From: Calditrichia bacterium
GTDB taxonomy: Bacteria; Calditrichota; Calditrichia; RBG-13-44-9
DNA length: 17,580 nt
Reading direction: 5' to 3'
NCBI GenBank assembly: GCA_037381445.1
Contig: JARRQT010000106.1
Coordinates: 1-17,580, forward strand
Part shown: positions 7,885 through 17,580 of the stretch, piece after piece
Layout: the number at the start of each line of letters is the position of its first letter
Numbering within the stretch: the stretch's first letter is position 1
The notes under the pieces: model-generated
Seen by the model: the letters and a program-made list of their open reading frames with translations, nothing else
Databases searched by the model: none
Told to the model about the DNA's origin: nothing
Program-made: the position numbers and the translations under genes

Positions 7885-10800
7885 ATGAGAACCTTTGCGG
7901 TCATCAGCCTGTTATCGTTCGCTGTTGCGCTGTTTGCCCAGAGCGGTAGCCAGAACCGCCAATCCGCCGTGATGGATGCAAACAGCGTGCATACTGTCTT
8001 CGGCAATTGGGGCGTCATTGGTCAGCCCGGCAATGCAATGTCGCGGGGCGCCTGGCCAACCAGCACCAACGGATACCTTGGAGATTTTTCCATTCTGATC
8101 GGGGCGCACATTAACAGCGACAGCCTGGTATTCGCCAGCGTCGAAACCTGCCCGGTTAACCGGCCGTCCCTGGGCGGATTTGACCAGGATTTCCATACCG
8201 GCGAACTTTATGCCTTTGAGCCGCTGCCATTGGGGCCGCAAAATCTGGCGATGAGCAATGATCCCGCCACCTGGCCCGCCGGCTGGAGCCAGTGGCCTTT
8301 TGCCACCCAGGCCACCCTGGAGAGCTATTTTGAAATGGATGACAATAATGATGCGGAATTTAATTATTCGGCAAATAATCCCGGCCGCATCCGCTTCAAA
8401 CCGGATGCCCTGGATACCACCCGCAACGGTCTGGGCCTGAAAATAAAATGCCGCTACCGTCAGTTCAATACGCCGGGACTGGAAGACATGCTTTTTCTGG
8501 AATACACCATCCTCAATGAAGGGACCGCCACCTACCGGCAGATGACCTTTGGCGGGCTGGTTGGCACTTACGTGGGAGTTACCGGCAGCGATGACAGCCC
8601 AATGGAGTACGACGATGATGCGGCCTTTTTTGATATGGCTAATAATTATCTCTTCTGGTGGGACTGGCCCATGGACAATTTCCGGAATCCCTTATGGGCG
8701 GGGCCGTCCGGGTATGCCGCCCTGGCATTGCTCCATTCCCCGGGAAATCCCTGTGACGGCATTGATAATGACCGGGACAATGCTGCCCGTCCCGGCAGCT
8801 CGGCGCCCTTCTTCACCTCTTCCGATTTTAACAGCCGCACCATTCGGGCCGGGGAAACTTTGATCCTGATTGACGACAATTATCAGCGCAGCAAGTTTAC
8901 GGTGCCATCCGCGCCCTTCCAGGTGGTCACATGCGGAAAGACCTTTTCCATTGAGCCGGGCGTAACCTCGGTCCGCGAAGGCAATGCCGGGAATCCCAAT
9001 GCCTATGACGGCATAGACAATGATTTCGACGGGCTGATTGATGAAAATATCGCAATTCACTATTCGGTCTCTGCGCCGTCCCTCACTTTCCCGGCGGAGA
9101 TTGCCAATACCCTGCAGCCAACCCAGTACATTAATTATTTTACCGGGCAGGGCCAGACCGATACCGGCATTGACGAGAGCGGGGATGATGAAGATGAGAC
9201 TGGCCTGACCGGTTTTGAATCTTATGTGCCGGGGTTGGATATCGCCATGGCGAATGATGCGGAAATGATGGCCCGCATGCGGCCGGGCTTTTTCAATCTT
9301 CCCCCTGCAAACCAGGATGGTCAGCTTACCATGGGTGAGGACGGGGATGTTCTTTTTTCAAGCGGCCCCTTTGTGCTGCGTCCGGGAGAAGAAAAGACAG
9401 TACTGCTGGGCCTGATGTATGCCTATACGCCGGAAGAACTGGCAGAAAGAGTACGCCTGGCAAACAACATATCCCTCGATTCCGACCGGGAGCCAAACCT
9501 GGCTTTCAGTACCACGCCGTCCGGTGAATATACCGGCAGCAGTATTCCCGTTACCTGGCAGTCGGATGTCGGGGACGGGCAGGTGAACATGGAATATTCG
9601 TGCGATAACGGCAATACCTGGAAGTACCTCGGTTTTGTGCCGGCTTCCTGGGGAGCATACGATTGGGACATCAGCCATATGAGCGACGGCACTTTTTATA
9701 AGGTGCGGATTCGCCACTCTTTCCGGCCCACAGCGGTGCTCACCTCGTCGCGGTTTACCATTAATCATGCGGGCCAGGGAAATCCGCAGGTTTATTTTAC
9801 TCAGGACATATTCCAGCCGGACCCCGATTCGGGAGATTTGACCGTTGGCTGGATAGCCGGAGATGCGGAAGGCGATCCGTTAAACACCTCCCTCTATATC
9901 AGTACCGGTCCTGATACCAACTGGCAGTATCTGGCCGCCCTGGGCGACTCGGGCAGCTATACCATCCATACCCGCCAATTGCCCAATACCCTGCACGCCA
10001 TGCTCCGGCTGGCCGTGTGGGACGGTTTCGGCAGCGGAGAATCCGTAAGCAGCAAATTCAGAATTGATAATGCATTCCCGGATTTGCCGGATATGCTGAT
10101 GGCCCATACCCACGGGGCAGGCGGCGGCCTTGTCAAAGTGGTGGTGGTCGATTCGGCTGCGCTGACCGGGCATCATTACCGGATTACATTCGATGATACC
10201 TCCGCCGTGAAATCCTACAGTGTAACGGATCTTACCAGCGGCCAGCCGGTCGTGACAAACTGTACCCAATTGGACAGCTCCGTGCTGGGTCCGGTTTTCG
10301 ATGGGGTTCGCCTGCTGGTCCAGGATATAAAACATCCGGCGACTGATCCGGTCCGTTCCGGATGGTCTTCACCCGACATTAATCTGAATTTTGGAATTTC
10401 CTGGGAGACCGTAGCCGGTCCGTTTGGGAAGGCAAAACCTGCCAAGTTCCCGTTCAATTACCGGTTTGAATTTTATGATGAAGTGGTTGATACCTCCCTC
10501 TCCTATTTCCGTGGCTTTTATTTAACGGAAGGGGCGCCAGCCTCTTTCCGCATAAAAAATACCGTGTTGGATCGATACAGCGATTTTTTATGGCCTCATG
10601 GAATAGAATCCGCAACGGGCATTAATCCGGGTGATGCGATTTATCTCGTAGAAACAGACTATCAGGGTGTTCAGCAGTTGCAATGGATAATCAGATTCTC
10701 GGCGCCCGATTCAGCCGAGACGGTGCTGCCCTCCGCCGGCGATACACTTGTCATTAACTTCATTTACGGCTTCAGCCGTTTTGATACCTATGAATTTACT

Positions 10801-11124
10801 ACCGGGAAGAAACTGGTGGGGATAAAAGAACCGGGAATGACCGCGGACCGTTTCGATCTGCGGCAGAATTATCCCAATCCTTTCAATCCCGCCACCACAA
10901 TTACTTTCACCGTGCCGGGCGTCAGCCGGGTCAGTCTGGCTGTGTATGATGTGCTGGGTCGCCGGGTGCGCACGCTGGTGAGCGGGAAGGTCAATTCCGG
11001 GGATCACCGCGTCACCTGGGACGGCCGCGATGAAAGCGGCAGTGCAGCGGCCAGCGGCATTTACCTGGCGGTCTTCCGCAGCGGCGGATTCATGAAAACA
11101 ACCAAGATGGTGCTGCTGAAATAG
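7885..11124 (+). CDS. Large secreted protein with acidic DGIDND motifs and a C-terminal FlgD-Ig / T9SS type A sorting-like domain
   Basis: Signal peptide MRTFAVISLLSFAVALFA-Q; DGIDNDRD and DGIDNDFDGLIDE motifs; C-terminus LRQNYPNPFNP...VYDVLGRRVRTL...WDGRDESG..ASGIY...KMVLLK; RBS GAAGGGG. Confidence 0.88.
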   Translation: MRTFAVISLLSFAVALFAQSGSQNRQSAVMDANSVHTVFGNWGVIGQPGNAMSRGAWPTSTNGYLGDFSILIGAHINSDSLVFASVETCPVNRPSLGGFDQDFHTGELYAFEPLPLGPQNLAMSNDPATWPAGWSQWPFATQATLESYFEMDDNNDAEFNYSANNPGRIRFKPDALDTTRNGLGLKIKCRYRQFNTPGLEDMLFLEYTILNEGTATYRQMTFGGLVGTYVGVTGSDDSPMEYDDDAAFFDMANNYLFWWDWPMDNFRNPLWAGPSGYAALALLHSPGNPCDGIDNDRDNAARPGSSAPFFTSSDFNSRTIRAGETLILIDDNYQRSKFTVPSAPFQVVTCGKTFSIEPGVTSVREGNAGNPNAYDGIDNDFDGLIDENIAIHYSVSAPSLTFPAEIANTLQPTQYINYFTGQGQTDTGIDESGDDEDETGLTGFESYVPGLDIAMANDAEMMARMRPGFFNLPPANQDGQLTMGEDGDVLFSSGPFVLRPGEEKTVLLGLMYAYTPEELAERVRLANNISLDSDREPNLAFSTTPSGEYTGSSIPVTWQSDVGDGQVNMEYSCDNGNTWKYLGFVPASWGAYDWDISHMSDGTFYKVRIRHSFRPTAVLTSSRFTINHAGQGNPQVYFTQDIFQPDPDSGDLTVGWIAGDAEGDPLNTSLYISTGPDTNWQYLAALGDSGSYTIHTRQLPNTLHAMLRLAVWDGFGSGESVSSKFRIDNAFPDLPDMLMAHTHGAGGGLVKVVVVDSAALTGHHYRITFDDTSAVKSYSVTDLTSGQPVVTNCTQLDSSVLGPVFDGVRLLVQDIKHPATDPVRSGWSSPDINLNFGISWETVAGPFGKAKPAKFPFNYRFEFYDEVVDTSLSYFRGFYLTEGAPASFRIKNTVLDRYSDFLWPHGIESATGINPGDAIYLVETDYQGVQQLQWIIRFSAPDSAETVLPSAGDTLVINFIYGFSRFDTYEFTTGKKLVGIKEPGMTADRFDLRQNYPNPFNPATTITFTVPGVSRVSLAVYDVLGRRVRTLVSGKVNSGDHRVTWDGRDESGSAAASGIYLAVFRSGGFMKTTKMVLLK

Positions 11125-11256
11125 CCGGCGCCTTTGGGATTCTCCCTGAAGCTGACCTGTAGAAAGGGTCCGCTTCTTTATTAAAACTGATGGGAAATAA
11201 AACCGAACATTTGATAAGATGATAGCACCGTTTGGGCCTGACAAAATTGCTGTGGT

Positions 11257-12261
11257 TTAAGCGGAGGCCAGCGATTTGAGCTGCTCAATATTGTTCTCCT
11301 CCCCAATGACAATCAGCTTGTCGCTCGCCTGAATTCTGGCCTTTGACTGCGGATTGTAAACTACCTGTCCCCCGGCCGGGGAGATCGCCACAATGATGAT
11401 ATTCAGTTTGTTGCGGATGGGTGATTCCGCCAGCGTCTGACCCACCAGGGATGAGCCCTTCATCACTTCAATTTCCTCGATGCTCAGGTCGATCCGCCGT
11501 TCCCGGGCGATGATATCGATAAAATCCACCACGCCGGGACGCAGCAGCACCTGCGCCATGCGGTGCCCCCCGATCACATAGGGCTTGACCACCCGGTTGG
11601 CGCCGGCCCTGAGCAGCTTGGATTCGGTTTCCTCTTCCACCGCCCGTGCAACGATAAAGATTTCCCGGTTTAATTCCCGGGCGGAGAGGGTGGTGAAAAC
11701 ATTTTCGGCTTCGGTGGGAAGCACCGCGACGAGGCCCTTCGCATGCTTAATTCCCGCCTGCTGCAGGGCCTCATCATCCGTGGCATCGCCTTCCACATAG
11801 ACATAATTCAGTTCTTTCAGGTTTTCGATTTCGTCGGGATTTTTTTCGATGACCGCAAAGTCGGCCCGATTTTCCTTCAGCTCGGTGCAGATCTTCTTCC
11901 CCATCCGCCCAAAACCGCAAATAATATAATGGGCTCTCAATGCATTCAGTTTTTTCAGCATTCTCCTTCTCCTAAAAACATATCTTTCAACAAAAAATTG
12001 TGCCACCCGCCCGCCGATATAGGCAATGGTAATCACTCCCACCACAATCACCAGCAGGGTGAGGATCCGGCCCGCCGGGCTGAGGGGATGAACTTCCGAA
12101 TAGCCGGTGGTGGTGATGGAAATGATGGTCATGTAGAGGGCATCGAAAAAATCCCATCCCTCCAGAATCATATAACCAAAGCTGCCGAACAGAATGACTC
12201 CCAGCAGGAACAGAATAGCGACTTTTATCTGGTGAACGGTCCGTTCGACGGTAATCGGCAT
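11257..12261 (-). CDS. Two-TM potassium channel with TrkA-N/TrkA-C (RCK) domains
   Basis: ATG at 12261 (MPITVER) after AAGGGA; DALYMTIISITTTGYSE pore helix and filter; ICGFGRMG nucleotide-binding motif; GDAT; RAGANRVVKP; TrkA-C tail. Confidence 0.9.
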   Translation of the reverse strand: MPITVERTVHQIKVAILFLLGVILFGSFGYMILEGWDFFDALYMTIISITTTGYSEVHPLSPAGRILTLLVIVVGVITIAYIGGRVAQFFVERYVFRRRRMLKKLNALRAHYIICGFGRMGKKICTELKENRADFAVIEKNPDEIENLKELNYVYVEGDATDDEALQQAGIKHAKGLVAVLPTEAENVFTTLSARELNREIFIVARAVEEETESKLLRAGANRVVKPYVIGGHRMAQVLLRPGVVDFIDIIARERRIDLSIEEIEVMKGSSLVGQTLAESPIRNKLNIIIVAISPAGGQVVYNPQSKARIQASDKLIVIGEENNIEQLKSLASA

Positions 12262-12555
12262 ATTTGAAATAATTCCCTTAATTTTTCTATAATTTATTAA
12301 TATTCTATAACTTGACAAAGAAAAATCTGCCGCAGCAATAATTTATTGTCCTTCGTTCCCTGAAAAATGCAAACCAGCGTTTTCATATAGGATATTGCAT
12401 TTTTTGGTGCCATATTAACATAAAGCAAGGCCGGAACCAGTCCGGGGAGAAATCCTGTGGGAAATTGGGATTGTAAAAATGAAAAATCCTCCTCCGCCGA
12501 ATTCAATTTATTATTAATACAACCGGGTTAAATTATTTTTACAGGAGGCAAAAAT

Positions 12556-13206
12556 ATGAAACTCATTGCCCCGCTGCTTTTATTTCTGATGCCGCTTATG
12601 CTCATATCCGGGGAGTATCGGGTTGGCGATCATGAATTGCTCTTGATGCCGACCGGTTATACCATGCCCAAAGGGCAATCCTATTTCTCTGACTATGAAC
12701 TGTTTTTGCTGAACTACACCTATGCGGTTACTCCCAGGACCCATGCGGGAGTTTTTACCCTTTTTCCGATCACCGATGATTTTCTGGAAACCTTCACCGT
12801 GGGAGTCAAACAGAATTACTACCGGGCGGAAAAGGCGGCTTTTGCCGTCTGGGCCACCTTTACGCCAAAGATAAGCGGCCTGACACTGGGAAATGTATTC
12901 AGCCTCGGCAAACCCTCCAACAGCCTGCATTTGGGCATCAGCGCCGCCACGGAAGTAGATGATGAGGGATGGGAATTCATCTACATGGTCGGCTACCGCA
13001 GGGATGTATCCCGGAAAGTATCTTTGATTGCGGAATATACCAATTTCAGTTCTTTCGTTGAGGAAGATTTCAACGGGATGATCAGTCTGGGATTGCGGTT
13101 CCGCAGTGAAGATATCTCATGGGAACTGGCGGGCGTCAGACCCTTGGAAAGCACCGGCGACCTGCTGTTCGTGCCCCTGCTGAAGGCCACGATTCTGATA
13201 AAATAA
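12556..13206 (+). CDS. Exported hypothetical protein, possibly a small outer-membrane beta-barrel
   Basis: AGGAGG RBS, hydrophobic N-terminal signal, amphipathic aromatic-rich beta-strand pattern. Confidence 0.7.
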   Translation: MKLIAPLLLFLMPLMLISGEYRVGDHELLLMPTGYTMPKGQSYFSDYELFLLNYTYAVTPRTHAGVFTLFPITDDFLETFTVGVKQNYYRAEKAAFAVWATFTPKISGLTLGNVFSLGKPSNSLHLGISAATEVDDEGWEFIYMVGYRRDVSRKVSLIAEYTNFSSFVEEDFNGMISLGLRFRSEDISWELAGVRPLESTGDLLFVPLLKATILIK

Positions 13207-13420
13207 CAGACACCATTCAGGGCATCCCAATATCGCGGGCCGGTCAGTTCTTATCTCTATCGGAAAGATTCTTCGATCTGAATAAATCTGCCGACTTTGC
13301 GGGCATCCCGATTATTTATTTCAAGAAATTTTAAAATCATAACCATGCCGTATTGAAAATTTAATAAATTCCCATTCAGCCGTGTTGAATGGATCGGCTG
13401 TTATACCCGGAGTCCGGATT

Positions 13421-14623
13421 ATGTCGCTTAATCTTACCAGCATAATACTGCTGCTTGGCGCGGCACAGGGTTTTTTGCTGGCCTTATTGATATTTCACAA
13501 ACACGGGCGGCTGTACGCCAATCATTTTCTGGGCTCCCTGATGCTGCTTTATTCCATCATCCTGGCGGATTTGTTGCTGCAGGATCTGGGATTTTACGCC
13601 GGCCGTCCGCGGCTTAAATTTATCGGGCTGGGATTTCCGTTTGTCATCGGGCCGCTGCATTATCTGTACGCGAAATACCTGGTCTATCCCTCGCGCAAAT
13701 TCAGGGGCGCCGAGTGGCTGCATTTTCTGCCGCTGATCCTCTTCAAGATATATCTGCTGCCGGATTTTCTGCATAACGGCGGCATGATCACTGCCGTCTT
13801 CAGTGCAACGGAAAGCGGCTCGCTGCCTCTGGCGGACTTGCTGTTCAATTGGGCCATTATCGGTCAAATCATGATCTACCTATACCTGACGCTGCTCATT
13901 ATCAAAAGGTATTCCCGGGATATCAAAGACCAGTTTTCGAACATTGCCAGGGTCAGGCTGGACTGGCTGCGCAATATTACATTGCTGGCAATGTCCGCCT
14001 GGCTGGTATTTTTTGTTGAGAATATTTTTCTCTTCGCCGGAATTCAGCTCTCCCATCTTTTCAGTCTTTCTTCCGTGATCGGGGCACTTTACGTTTATCT
14101 GCTGGGTTACCTGGGATTATTCAAATCCGAAATTTTTACCGAGTCGGCAGTTGCGGCATCGATCAGCCGATTGCACCCATTGGATTCGGCGGACATCATG
14201 GGGGATTCGGGACAGATTGCGGAGTCCGTCCGTAAATATGAAAAATCCGGATTATCGCCCGAAAAAGCCAAAAAGTATCTCGATAGGCTGATCTGTCTGA
14301 TGGAGGAGGAAAAGCCCTACCGGAACAGCGATCTGACGCTTCAGCAGCTTGCCGAAATGGCAGGCATCACGCCCCATAATCTCTCGGAAGTGATTAACAC
14401 GCAGCTCCGCCAGAATTTTTTTGATTTTGTGAACCAGTACCGGCTGGAAGAAGTGAAACGGGCGCTTCTGGAGCCGGAAAATCAGCACCTGAAGATCCTT
14501 TCCATCGCCTTTGAGGCCGGGTTTAATTCCAAAACTTCCTTTAACACCATCTTCAAAAAATACCTGGGAATGACACCGTCGGAATACCGGGAACGGACTA
14601 TGGATCACAAAATCACTGCCTGA
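13421..14623 (+). CDS. Membrane-anchored AraC-family transcriptional regulator
   Basis: Several N-terminal TM helices (GPLHYLY, WLHFLP), KYEKSGL linker, C-terminal HTH (LTLQQLA...NFFDFVNQYR...IAFEAGFNSKTSFNTIFKKYLGMTPSEYR). ATG 13421 after GGAG; alternative GTG 13382. Confidence 0.92.
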   Translation: MSLNLTSIILLLGAAQGFLLALLIFHKHGRLYANHFLGSLMLLYSIILADLLLQDLGFYAGRPRLKFIGLGFPFVIGPLHYLYAKYLVYPSRKFRGAEWLHFLPLILFKIYLLPDFLHNGGMITAVFSATESGSLPLADLLFNWAIIGQIMIYLYLTLLIIKRYSRDIKDQFSNIARVRLDWLRNITLLAMSAWLVFFVENIFLFAGIQLSHLFSLSSVIGALYVYLLGYLGLFKSEIFTESAVAASISRLHPLDSADIMGDSGQIAESVRKYEKSGLSPEKAKKYLDRLICLMEEEKPYRNSDLTLQQLAEMAGITPHNLSEVINTQLRQNFFDFVNQYRLEEVKRALLEPENQHLKILSIAFEAGFNSKTSFNTIFKKYLGMTPSEYRERTMDHKITA

Positions 14624-14744
14624 GCCTTTTCCAATTGACTGTTGACAATTCCGTTTTCCACTGTGCCGACTTGCCGGACAAGATTCTATCAAACCAACTT
14701 CCCGGGTGTGTCCCTGCCGCTGGGAATGAACTTCAGCACAGGTT

Positions 14745-14828
14745 CGAACCAATGGGCCTGGGCGATTCCGTTCCCCAAATTGCATAGATTTGTGCTGAAT
14801 TCGACGAACCTGTTTGAACAGACGATTC
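14745..14828 (+). promoter_or_regulatory. Tandem bipartite direct repeat, candidate AraC operator
   Basis: CGAACC-N12-CGATTC at 14745-14768 and 14805-14828, period 60 bp. Confidence 0.5.
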
Positions 14829-14880
14829 GGAATGCGAAGAAACAGAAAGTAAATTCATGAAAGTCAGGAAAAGTAGAAAC

Positions 14881-17182
14881 ATGAAAAGCAGGATTTATGT
14901 CATAATAGTGCTGGGTGCTCTGATCCGGACATTTTTCACGGGAGCCGCCTTTGCCCAGAGGAATACTCCCGGCGGCAGCATTGAAGGAAAACTGCTGGAT
15001 AGGGAAACCCGGGCTCCCCTCATCGGCGCCAATATTACAATTGACCGCACGGTGATAGGCGCCGCCACGGACATGGACGGCAATTTTACAATATCCGGGG
15101 TGCCGGCAGGGAGCTATACCCTGACATTTTCCTATATCGGATATGAATCGTTTTCCAGGACCGATATTATTGTCAGGCCCCGGCGGATCACTTTTGTTGA
15201 GGCCGAACTCAGGCCGTCTTCGGTTGAATCGGAAGAGGTGGTGGTTACCAGCGATTTTTTTATCAGGAATGAGGAGCAGCCGCTGAGCAGCACCGTTTTT
15301 TCCCGTGAGGAGATCCGCCGTGCGCCGGGATCGGCGGGAGATGTGAGCCGTATCGTCATGGGCCTTCCCAGCCTGGCAAAGGTGAATGATCAGTCCAACA
15401 GCCTGATCGTGCGGGGCGGCAGTCCGGTGGAAAATGCTTTTTTCATCGATAATATCGAAATTCCCAATATCAACCACTTTCCCATGCAGGGCGCCTCGGG
15501 AGGACCCATCGGGCTGGTTAATGTCGATCTGATTCAGGATGTCAGTTTTCACACCGGCGGATTTTCCAGCGCCTATGGTGACAAGCTTTCCTCAATCATG
15601 GACATTACCTTCCGGGAAGGGAACCGCCAGGAATTCGACGGCCAGCTGGACCTGAATTTTTCCGGTTTCGGAGGCGTCGCCGAAGGTCCCCTGCCAAATG
15701 AGAAAGGCTCGTTTCTGCTGTCCGCGAGAAGAAGTTATCTGGATTTTCTGGTAAAAAGCATCGACATTGGCACCAGCGTGGCGCCCCGTTACGGCGATTT
15801 CCAGGGAAAACTGGTCTTCAATTTAAGTCCCGGGCATAAACTTACCCTTCTGGGAATCGCCGGTGACGACCACAATAATCCTGACCGGAAAACAGCGGAA
15901 GAAAACGATATGATCTACTACGGGAACCAGGACATTTACGAATACACGGGCGGGTTCAACTGGCGGGCGCTGTGGAATAAGAGCGGTTATTCAAATACTT
16001 CCTTCGCCTGCACCGGCAACAAATTCAATGAAGATTTTTATTCCTCTGCTGCGAAACCGCTCCCTGGAGCAAAGTTACAAGCTCAGGAATCTGAACCACT
16101 TCCGGCTGACAGCAAAACATTCTGTGGAATTCGGCCTGGAGGCAAAACACCTCATATCTGATTTTGATAATCTGTACGGGGAATATACCGGTGCAGTCGG
16201 CGACACGGTGCCGGCCGCTGTTCTCAAAAATCGTCTGATTGCGGATAAGCTGGGGGCATTTTTCAATTATATTGTCCAACCGGTCTCACCGCTTACGGCT
16301 ACCTTTGGTCTCCGTGCCGATTATTTTAGCTGGAACAATGAATACACCGCGGCGCCAAGATTTGCCGTATCCTGGCAGTTGACGCCGAAAACCGCTATCA
16401 GCGCATCGGGGGGCATATTTTACCAGACCCTGCCGGCATTGCTGCTTTCCCAGAATGAGCAGTACAAGAATCTGAAGAATCCGGCCGCGAACCATTACAT
16501 CCTCGGTGTCAGTCATCTGCTGACTGCGAATACGCAATTGAGTCTGGAACTGTACGAAAAAGATTACAGAAATTTTCCGGTCGATCCGTCCCAGCCGGCA
16601 CTCTTCCTGATAGACGAGGTCTATTACCGGAATACCAACTTCTTTTTCAGTCATGATCAACTGACTGACAATGGCGCAGCGTATTCGCGGGGCGCTGAAG
16701 TCATGGTACAGAAAAAACTGGCGAAAGAATTCTACGGGCTGGCCAGCGCTTCATATTTTCGCACTCGTTACAAGGGGGGCGATGGAAAGTGGCGGGACCG
16801 GGTGTTCGATAACCGCGCCATTTTCAGCATCGAGGGAGGATATAAGCCGAATAACCGCTGGGAGTTCAGCATGCGGTGGATATATGCGGGCGGCGTGCCG
16901 TATACGCCCTTTGACCAGATGCAATCATGGGAGCTGAATCGCGCCGTTCTGGACGAATCCCGGGTGAATATGGACCGTTACCCCGATTATCACTCTCTCA
17001 ATGTCCGTTTTGATAAACGCTTTCTCTTTGACAGTTCCAACCTGGTTTTCTATTTCAGCGTCTGGAATGCCTACAGCCGCAAAAATGTGGCCGCCTATTT
17101 CTGGAAGCAGAAGGAAAACAAACAGGATATCATTTACCAGTGGACCATGCTGCCCGTTTTCGGGCTGGAGTATGAATTTTAA
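14881..17182 (+). pseudogene. TonB-dependent receptor with N-terminal carboxypeptidase-regulatory-like domain, split by a frameshift near 16035-16040
   Basis: Signal peptide, PLIGANI..GAATDMDGNF..SYIGY domain, plug (LIVRGGSPVEN, GGFSSAYGDKLSS), barrel continuing in the next frame and ending in terminal GLEYEF. Could be a sequence error rather than a true pseudogene. Confidence 0.85.
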
Positions 17183-17234
17183 TTCTGTGCTTTGCGTAAA
17201 TATTTCCTTTGAGTAAATTTGCGAGCGTATCCGG

Positions 17235-17262
17235 GCCGCCTGTAAACCAGGCGGCTTTTTTT
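17235..17262 (+). terminator. Intrinsic terminator
   Basis: GCCGCCTG-taaac-CAGGCGGC followed by T7. Confidence 0.9.
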
Positions 17263-17323
17263 AGTGATGCTCTTTTGAACTGAGCAGTTACTTTTAAAAA
17301 TATGCACCAAAGGAAAGTGAAGC

Positions 17324-17580
17324 ATGCAGAAGATGAGCGCTTCGGATTTTTCCAGAGAAGAGATGATTCTCCGGAATAAAAATGAATACGGCGAAAATTA
17401 CGATCAGCTAAAATGGCTGTCCCGGGAGCAGGCCGTGCGGGCGGCACAGGAGCGGGAAGAGCTGCTGCACTGGCTGTCCGGTCACATCCAATTAGGCTAT
17501 AAAAATACCAAATTGGATGTGACTCAACTGTCGCCGGGATGCAGAATCTGCGGGGAAGGAAGCTGGTCTTGTCTCTTCAT
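17324..17580 (+). CDS. Probable radical SAM protein, N-terminal part only
   Basis: Manual translation MQKMSASDFSREEMILRNKNEYGENYDQLKWLS...TKLDVTQLSPGCRICGEGSWSCLF. LSPGCxxC...CLF usually precedes CxxxCxxC in a radical SAM subgroup; that motif itself lies beyond the window. Confidence 0.6.
   Translation, partial: MQKMSASDFSREEMILRNKNEYGENYDQLKWLSREQAVRAAQEREELLHWLSGHIQLGYKNTKLDVTQLSPGCRICGEGSWSCLF

Noticed and set aside
3657..11202. GATGGGAA(A)ATA-like words near 3658, 6351 and 11188
   Set aside because: Short, AT-rich and without flanking similarity; compatible with chance.
12312..12348. TTGACA plus CAATAA-T-TTATTG palindrome in the divergent region
   Set aside because: No good -10 box at 16-18 bp spacing and the palindrome is AT-rich; too weak to call.
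14642..14860. 72-aa ORF between the AraC gene and the TonB receptor
   Set aside because: TTG start without an RBS; the region is better explained as regulatory DNA.

Overview
Bacterial chromosomal window. The secreted protein with a QNYPNPFNP C-terminal domain, the TonB-dependent receptor and the membrane-anchored AraC regulator suggest an FCB-group or Calditrichota-like organism (inference). Genes in order: amidinotransferase/DDAH-family enzyme (-, runs off the left edge, absent from the ORF track), HAD phosphatase (-), asd, carboxylesterase, split YfhO-like membrane protein, lipoprotein, 1079-aa secreted protein, TrkA-domain K+ channel (-), exported hypothetical protein, membrane AraC regulator, split TonB-dependent receptor and the start of a probable radical SAM gene. 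The main non-coding signal is a duplicated module flanking the lipoprotein gene. It has an exact 38-bp copy of yfhO coding sequence plus a ~85% identical 156-bp block holding a sigma70-type promoter and a 5' leader with two competing helices whose changes between copies mostly keep pairing as G-U. Three genes (asd, yfhO, TonB receptor) show deletion or frameshift scars, which may be assembly misjoins.
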